DNA from: a virus
IMG/VR virus record: IMGVR_UViG_3300037510_000107
DNA length: 38,073 bases
Direction: 5' to 3' (one strand)
The notes beneath the pieces were generated by a model that saw nothing but the letters and a program-made list of their open reading frames with translations, was not told the origin of the DNA and ran no database searches. Each line of letters begins with the position of its first letter. Within the stretch, counting starts at the first letter, position 1. The position numbers and the translations under genes are program-made. Below are positions 33,325-38,073 of this stretch, piece after piece.

Positions 33325-34578
33325 TTATGCTACTCCTATAACCTTTAGTCCGGGTGCTGGCTTGCGAATCTTGTCCATTGCGTAACGTATGGCATCCATC
33401 AGGTGGTTAAACTTGTCCTCCGCGTCGTTAGTCGATCTCTTGTCCTGATCTAACACCCAATGGTAGTTTTCGTATTCGTTCCACAAGTTAAGAGATTTTT
33501 CCGTTCCAAATACCTTGTACTCTTTGATGAAGTTGATACCGCTGGTGATGGAGTCCGGCCCCTTCTGGGCTTTGATTACGTTCCAACCAAGGCGGCGTAA
33601 TTCCTCCCAGCTTTTAGGCTCTGCTGAATCTACGTAGATGCGCGAGATCTTTTTAATACCCAAGGCTGATAGACGGGCCGATATATCCTGATTGGTCAGG
33701 TTACTCTCGTAGATAAGCTCATTTACGTATAGGTTCTTATTATGGCACTCACACTCTACTAATGCTGTAGGATGGTTAAACCCGAAATCAAGGCCGTAGA
33801 ACTTCTCGTATTGACCAGGCATGGCATAGATCCTATCCCAGTTCTTATAAATCCGTCCCCGTACACCTTCCGCAATTAGCCCTTCTACAATTGTGTAGTA
33901 ATATTCGGCATCTGACTCTAAGTAAGCCTTCATATTGCGTACGAAAGATGCGTTAAGGTTCTTTAGGTTATCCCTATAGGTGCTGAAAATTGATAGCAAT
34001 GCCGGGTTTGGCTTAGGAACAGCCCGAAAGTATCCAGGTATATCTGCATCGACTAGGTTATACCATGTCTTCCAAATCCAGTGCGACTTTGCTGGAGGGT
34101 TGAAAAGCCCTATAAGCTGGATATTTTGTGTCTTGGTAGTTCTTAGCGTGTCGTCAAGCTGCTTAAAGTCAGCCTCGCTGATCTCTTCCATTTCCTCTAC
34201 GAGGACGTGTGTGGCTCCTGCGAGTGATTTGAGCTTGGCTGTCTGTTTTTTACTGGCCTTTTTGAATCCTTTCGATACAATCGTATTGCCGTTGACCAGA
34301 TATGTCGCCGTCATTTCACCTTCGTCGAGGTGGAAAAAATCCTGTAGACCGGCCTCTTCTATCCTGTCCTTTACGTCGAGCCATAAAGAGTCCCGTATGT
34401 CTCCGAATACTTCGCGCATGATATATCCCCGGAAGTAATCAGGCTGAGTGATGAGGTGCAAAAAATAGCGTGTCGCGTGAAACGACCCACCGCGACCTCG
34501 TCCACCCCAAAAGTGTAAATAGCGAGCTTTGGTGCTGAATATGGGTTTGTAAAGCGAATTGAATTCGAGGGAAATCAT
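33325..34578 (-). CDS. terL: Terminase large subunit
   Basis: 417 aa. N-terminal P-loop-like FWGGRGRGGS, Walker-B-like HVLVEEMEE, and the C-terminal nuclease motif DKFNHLMDAIRYA typical of TerL. Confidence 0.9.
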   Translation of the reverse strand: MISLEFNSLYKPIFSTKARYLHFWGGRGRGGSFHATRYFLHLITQPDYFRGYIMREVFGDIRDSLWLDVKDRIEEAGLQDFFHLDEGEMTATYLVNGNTIVSKGFKKASKKQTAKLKSLAGATHVLVEEMEEISEADFKQLDDTLRTTKTQNIQLIGLFNPPAKSHWIWKTWYNLVDADIPGYFRAVPKPNPALLSIFSTYRDNLKNLNASFVRNMKAYLESDAEYYYTIVEGLIAEGVRGRIYKNWDRIYAMPGQYEKFYGLDFGFNHPTALVECECHNKNLYVNELIYESNLTNQDISARLSALGIKKISRIYVDSAEPKSWEELRRLGWNVIKAQKGPDSITSGINFIKEYKVFGTEKSLNLWNEYENYHWVLDQDKRSTNDAEDKFNHLMDAIRYAMDKIRKPAPGLKVIGVA

Positions 34579-34743
34579 CTATACGGAAGATCCTGCCCAC
34601 AGCATTCTACCTAACTGCTTACGTATTTTTCTTGTTTGAAGGTATGCCATAACCTTTATCACCGCTGGGTTATAGCCCTCTTTAAAAGCAAGGTCCCACC
34701 AATAGTGTCTCAGATTCCTTTTTAGCCTTTCACTTGGTTTCAT
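34579..34743 (-). CDS. Possible small basic protein, 54 aa (not in ORF track)
   Basis: My translation is MKPSERLKRNLRHYWWDLAFKEGYNPAVIKVMAYLQTRKIRKQLGRMLWAGSSV. It fills the 151-nt gap between the terminase genes, and its TAG abuts the terL ATG. Confidence 0.3.
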   Translation of the reverse strand: MKPSERLKRNLRHYWWDLAFKEGYNPAVIKVMAYLQTRKIRKQLGRMLWAGSSV

Positions 34744-35089
34744 CGCCTTCTTTGTACTCCCTGAACACTATTTCCTTCCCTCCGATGCTTTCTCCGGCGC
34801 TGGTGATATCGATTCCTTGCTTAGGCTTGGCTTCGATGTGGTCCTTTAGGACTTCGAAGGCTCGCGTGTCACCTTTACGGGCCTTTAAAACCTGCCGAAA
34901 TATAAGCGCCTCCCCTATCGTCATCTTCTCACCTTCCAAGGTGATAGGGTTAATGTCGTCAATCTCCATGCTGAGAATCTTCTCAATTTTCTGCTTCATG
35001 GATATACTACCCTTTGGCCTACCATTTGGATTTCCTGACTCGCCGGGCTTAAACGGTGTTAGGTTCTCTGTTTTTCCTTTTTTTGCCAC
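34730..35089 (-). CDS. Terminase small subunit candidate (DUF5681-like N-terminus); GTG start
   Basis: TPFKPGESGNPNGRPKG is the motif I recall for DUF5681-type small terminases. It lies just upstream of terL. Confidence 0.55.
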   Translation of the reverse strand: MAKKGKTENLTPFKPGESGNPNGRPKGSISMKQKIEKILSMEIDDINPITLEGEKMTIGEALIFRQVLKARKGDTRAFEVLKDHIEAKPKQGIDITSAGESIGGKEIVFREYKEGDETK

Positions 35090-35123
35090 TGTTATCTCAC
35101 TGTTGTGTCTAGTAAATGTAATG

Positions 35124-35137
35124 GTTTCACGTGGAAC
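35124..35137. promoter_or_regulatory. Imperfect palindrome GTTTCAC-GTGGAAC upstream of the packaging genes
   Basis: 6 of 7 arm positions match, centred on CACGTG, in the 70-nt gap preceding the small-terminase start. Confidence 0.2.
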
Positions 35138-35159
35138 ATTTTAAGAGACAAAGTTATCG

Positions 35160-35507
35160 TTACTTCCATTTCAATTCACTTCCTTCCTCCGACTGTATCG
35201 ATAGTAACGATTTAAGCCCGTCTATGGTCTTTGAAAGGGCCATGTTGATCCTTTGGGCTAATAGGTATTCTTCCTGCTCGGATGCGCTCTCGCTGTCTAT
35301 TCTCATTTTAAGCATGCGGTATGGTAGGTCGATGTACTTTCGGAGTAGCTCACCCTTCTTTCTCTCAAGGTCTCCTAGCGCCTTGGATTGAAGCTTTGCC
35401 GCCGGGCCTATTGCGTTAAGGCATTCTGACATTTTCCTCTCCATGCCGTTCCGGTCGGAGTGCTTGACCTTTGTGTCGAGGATCTTTTGAATGTCCGATA
35501 AGCTCAT
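35160..35507 (-). CDS. Hypothetical protein, 115 aa
   Basis: Complete ORF. Confidence 0.5.
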   Translation of the reverse strand: MSLSDIQKILDTKVKHSDRNGMERKMSECLNAIGPAAKLQSKALGDLERKKGELLRKYIDLPYRMLKMRIDSESASEQEEYLLAQRINMALSKTIDGLKSLLSIQSEEGSELKWK

Positions 35508-35836
35508 AGTAACCCGAGGTCTCTTGCTCCTTGTTTACCATTTTCTATTTCCTCCTTAAACTCATTAGGAATGGTCATTTTGTATTTATCACCCCAATCA
35601 CAGGTTATGAGAAATGTTGTGTACTCCTCGTGTTCTTTTATCTGAACAGATGCTTTAGTGGGATTATTCTCTCTATATGTTTTTGGTGATATCGGCAAAA
35701 CTGTCATCCAAAAACCGCCTGTTTGTCGTTCAAGATGTACTACTCGGCAATCAAATTGTTTAATAGAGTCAAAATTAATTCCTATTGGGAATCCAACTGG
35801 ACCATCTTTATCTTCAAAGATTATACTATTTTTCAT
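35504..35836 (-). CDS. Hypothetical protein, 110 aa
   Basis: Complete ORF, overlap-coupled. Confidence 0.5.
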   Translation of the reverse strand: MKNSIIFEDKDGPVGFPIGINFDSIKQFDCRVVHLERQTGGFWMTVLPISPKTYRENNPTKASVQIKEHEEYTTFLITCDWGDKYKMTIPNEFKEEIENGKQGARDLGLL

Positions 35837-36123
35837 CGTGGTAATGGGCTATGTTTCAAATCATCCTGAATTGCTGCGCCGATTATGATCAGGCCTACAC
35901 CTGTCCACAAGATAACGAAATTACGCTGTCTTACTTCGCTCTTGTTGGGCTTGGAGTTGTAGTGTCCGTGGGTGCTTAGCTTTGGAGCGCAGGATGTTAG
36001 AAGGATGAGCAGGATTAAAACTGTCTTCCTTATGTCGCTAATCCAAGGCAATCCTCGAAAGCTTGGCTTGCTTACGCTCTTGGGCATCTTTAATTCGTGC
36101 CAGGGGGTGGGTTTAGAGGTCAT
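35833..36123 (-). CDS. Putative lipoprotein with a C-terminal TM segment
   Basis: RKTVLILLILLTSC carries the lipobox L-T-S-C. The C-terminal hydrophobic segment is FVILWTGVGLIIIGAAI. Confidence 0.45.
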   Translation of the reverse strand: MTSKPTPWHELKMPKSVSKPSFRGLPWISDIRKTVLILLILLTSCAPKLSTHGHYNSKPNKSEVRQRNFVILWTGVGLIIIGAAIQDDLKHSPLPR

Positions 36124-36365
36124 TGTAAGTCGTTGTCTAAAAAGCTCTTTATTTTCAATACAACCTCGTCGAAAGTGTCTCCGTCAAACTTCTGTTCGCC
36201 TTTGGTATTGCCATTCGCAAACTCTACTGATCCATTAGCTGAATACTTACCATCTATGAATACGTTTTCACTAAAGCTAACGTATATCCTTTTTACGTGG
36301 GTTTTCTTGAATGGATCGTTAAGCACTGAGGGTAATTGCTCCTTACCGAATTGTAGTAGCTTCAT
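36120..36365 (-). CDS. Hypothetical protein (start at MKLLQFGKEQ)
   Basis: ATG 36365 forms an ATGA overlap with the upstream stop. Confidence 0.45.
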   Translation of the reverse strand: MKLLQFGKEQLPSVLNDPFKKTHVKRIYVSFSENVFIDGKYSANGSVEFANGNTKGEQKFDGDTFDEVVLKIKSFLDNDLQ

Positions 36366-36505
36366 TTCTCTCTGTTTAAAAGGTTTCCGGTCTCTGCACA
36401 AATAAGGTTTCCAACTGCGCAAGCGTGGCATTGTCCATGTTCTAGCGTGTCATTCAAGTACGCTTTTACAAGTACATCGACACTATTTTCAAAAGTTGCT
36501 TTCAT
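36362..36505 (-). CDS. Small Cys-containing protein, 47 aa (start at MKATFENS)
   Basis: VKAYLNDTLEHGQCHACAVGNL resembles the N-terminus of a longer conserved family I recall, so it may be truncated here. Confidence 0.35.
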   Translation of the reverse strand: MKATFENSVDVLVKAYLNDTLEHGQCHACAVGNLICAETGNLLNREK

Positions 36506-36530
36506 ATTTCTTGGGGGTTTTGATTTCTGC

Positions 36531-36776
36531 TTAAACTGGATGATTTTCAACCACATTATGGCCTTTAAATAGTTCTTCGAAAGCTTGTTTAGCTGTGTTT
36601 CGTTTGTTCAGAGGGTGTTCATCGTGCCACTCGCCGATATCAACGCTTTCTATTTTGGTTACGTGCGGTGATATGCAATGATTGGGGTAGTGATTGTTCT
36701 CTAAAATGGTTTTCATTTCTTCCGGTCCAACCTCGTCGAAGTCGATCACTTTTATTTCAAGCCTGTAAACTTTCAT
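36531..36776 (-). CDS. Hypothetical protein, 81 aa (start at MKVYRLEIK)
   Basis: ATG 36776 forms an ATGA overlap with the upstream stop. The longer track ORF would overlap the upstream gene by 166 nt. Confidence 0.5.
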   Translation of the reverse strand: MKVYRLEIKVIDFDEVGPEEMKTILENNHYPNHCISPHVTKIESVDIGEWHDEHPLNKRNTAKQAFEELFKGHNVVENHPV

Positions 36777-37270
36777 ACTGTCTGTTTTGGCCTGTTGAAT
36801 AGTTCTACTACTTCCATGCGCTTTACATATCCTTCGTAGTCGTGTTCCTTCATGAAGGCCATTCGGCGCTCGAAGTTCTTGTGGTGGCGGAATTCTCCGC
36901 TCTTGTAAGATTCCCATGCCATGTGGCATTCCCGGCATGAGTATTCAATGTTATCGACGTTCCAGATTAGTTCCGGTTTCCCTATATCCTTGCATCGCTT
37001 TTGGCTTATTGTATGGTCCCTGTCATCCCAATAAGTTGATTCGCAACCATCACAATGCATTTGATTTGCGGTCAATGTTGCCTTATAAGCATACGCCTCT
37101 TGTAGTTCTCTCTTGATGCTGGTTTGTTTCTTGCTCACCTTTTTGATGGGTGCGCGCTTCAATGGCTTAGGAACTTTACCGACTACCGTGGAAGTATCTC
37201 CACAATATCGACAGAAACCTTCGTCGAGGTCGTTCTTACGTCCACAAGCGCATATCCAGGAACGACTCAT
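36773..37270 (-). CDS. NinG/Rap-like or HNH-type zinc-binding nuclease candidate
   Basis: N-terminal zinc ribbon CACG...CRYCG and a basic linker, followed by CDGC...DRDHTISQKRC...NVDNIEYSCRECH. The architecture resembles lambda NinG. Confidence 0.45.
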   Translation of the reverse strand: MSRSWICACGRKNDLDEGFCRYCGDTSTVVGKVPKPLKRAPIKKVSKKQTSIKRELQEAYAYKATLTANQMHCDGCESTYWDDRDHTISQKRCKDIGKPELIWNVDNIEYSCRECHMAWESYKSGEFRHHKNFERRMAFMKEHDYEGYVKRMEVVELFNRPKQTV

Positions 37271-37512
37271 GGGACTATGACATTTTCACATACCCAATCC
37301 AATTCTGCCATATCAAAACTAAAAGTTAATTCATAATAAGGGCATGTATCCTCTAAAGGAAGTTCGTCATTTAGTATCCTGAAATCAGGCTTGTAAACAG
37401 GAACCTTCATGGTTCTAGGCATGTCAGGTGTTGATAATATCTGATGAGCCGATGGAAGAGATAACAAAGCTTGATTTAAAAGCCTTCTGGTTATTAGAAA
37501 TTTGGGTCTCAT
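37267..37512 (-). CDS. Hypothetical protein, 81 aa
   Basis: Complete ORF, overlap-coupled. Confidence 0.5.
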   Translation of the reverse strand: MRPKFLITRRLLNQALLSLPSAHQILSTPDMPRTMKVPVYKPDFRILNDELPLEDTCPYYELTFSFDMAELDWVCENVIVP

Positions 37513-37853
37513 ATCTCAGCCAGTTCCAGGGTCTTCGACTCGCTCAGGATCTTGTAAACTTGGCCTATGCCGATAGAGTCGATTACTTCGGAGGGAACGT
37601 CAATCGTGAATGTTATTGGCTTTGGCCTGTTTCTCCCGCTTTCGTGATAAACATCAAAGTCAGATATAAAATCTTGTGCTTCTCTAGGAAGAGTAATTCC
37701 CTTACGATCATTAGTGCTAAAGAACATTCTTTGCGGTCCAACAAACGCATCTGGAAATAATTCCCGAATTACAAGAGCGATTCCACAACCTGTCACATCA
37801 CATCCTATTCCTTTTTCGATGTGCCTGTTCTGTACTTTCACGGTGATCTTCAT
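37509..37853 (-). CDS. Hypothetical protein, 114 aa
   Basis: Complete ORF starting 4 nt after the stop of the junction-spanning gene. Confidence 0.55.
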   Translation of the reverse strand: MKITVKVQNRHIEKGIGCDVTGCGIALVIRELFPDAFVGPQRMFFSTNDRKGITLPREAQDFISDFDVYHESGRNRPKPITFTIDVPSEVIDSIGIGQVYKILSESKTLELAEI

Positions 37854-37856
37854 AGC

Positions 37857-38073
37857 CTATTTAGTTTGATTCTTTTCGAGTTCTGCGCAACGCTTCATGT
37901 CTTCAATCGCTTCCTCTTTGTTCTCATAAAAACGAACGGATGACACTGGAATACCTGGATTAGAAGCGTGATAGATCATCATAGCAGCATGTGGCGTGCT
38001 TGTCGCCTTCTCAAGTTCGTAACCTAATTTTCCAGCAAGGTGAACTACCCAACCTGCACGGCAATGTGTTGTT
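37857..38073 (-). CDS. 3' part of the same junction-spanning CDS (37947..38073 duplicates 1..127)
   Basis: Reading down from 37946 gives VSSVRFYENKEEAIEDMKRCAELEKNQTK then TAG (37859..37857). This is 4 nt upstream of the next ATG at 37853. Confidence 0.8.
   Translation of the reverse strand, partial: TTHCRAGWVVHLAGKLGYELEKATSTPHAAMMIYHASNPGIPVSSVRFYENKEEAIEDMKRCAELEKNQTK
37947..38073. repeat. Terminal direct repeat, copy 2 (duplicate of 1..127)
   Basis: Exact 127-nt duplicate of the window start. 127 is a common maximal assembler k-mer, so this is most simply an overlap artefact of a circular or circularly permuted genome. Confidence 0.95.

Overview
The window is a complete, circularly closed dsDNA tailed-phage genome that looks siphovirus-like. 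The first 127 nt recur exactly as the last 127 nt, giving a unique length of 37,946 bp, and a minus-strand ORF reads across the implied junction. About 85 tightly packed genes, many with ATGA-type overlaps, lie almost entirely on the minus strand. Read in the minus direction, 11267->1 and on across the junction to about 35160 carries early, replication and recombination genes: DUF4373-like replication protein, YqaJ-like exonuclease with a candidate annealing protein, a methyltransferase, MerR/HTH/RHH regulators, YopX, ASCH and a NinG-like nuclease. Then 35089->13831 carries packaging, morphogenesis and lysis genes: small and large terminase, tail fibre-like proteins, tape measure, ClpP-type protease/scaffold, major capsid, Ig-domain tail protein, portal, an SGNH-esterase tail protein, holin candidates, a CHAP endolysin and a unimolecular spanin. 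The only plus-strand block (11368..13800) is a G+C-poorer six-gene island of unknown function that starts with an RHH regulator and ends at a terminator. There is no Shine-Dalgarno signal, one good TTTG/TAnnTTTG promoter and a DUF4373-like protein, so the host is probably in the Bacteroidota (inference). The most unusual items are: (1) a 33-copy 9-bp tandem array beside an RHH gene, open in five of six frames, that may encode a Cys-X-X repeat protein; (2) a 149-nt tRNA-like gene with canonical acceptor, D and T arms but about 60 nt of extra sequence; (3) the plus-strand island; (4) a 13-nt motif that ends three consecutive genes. All functional calls rest on motifs recalled from memory, since no database search was possible.
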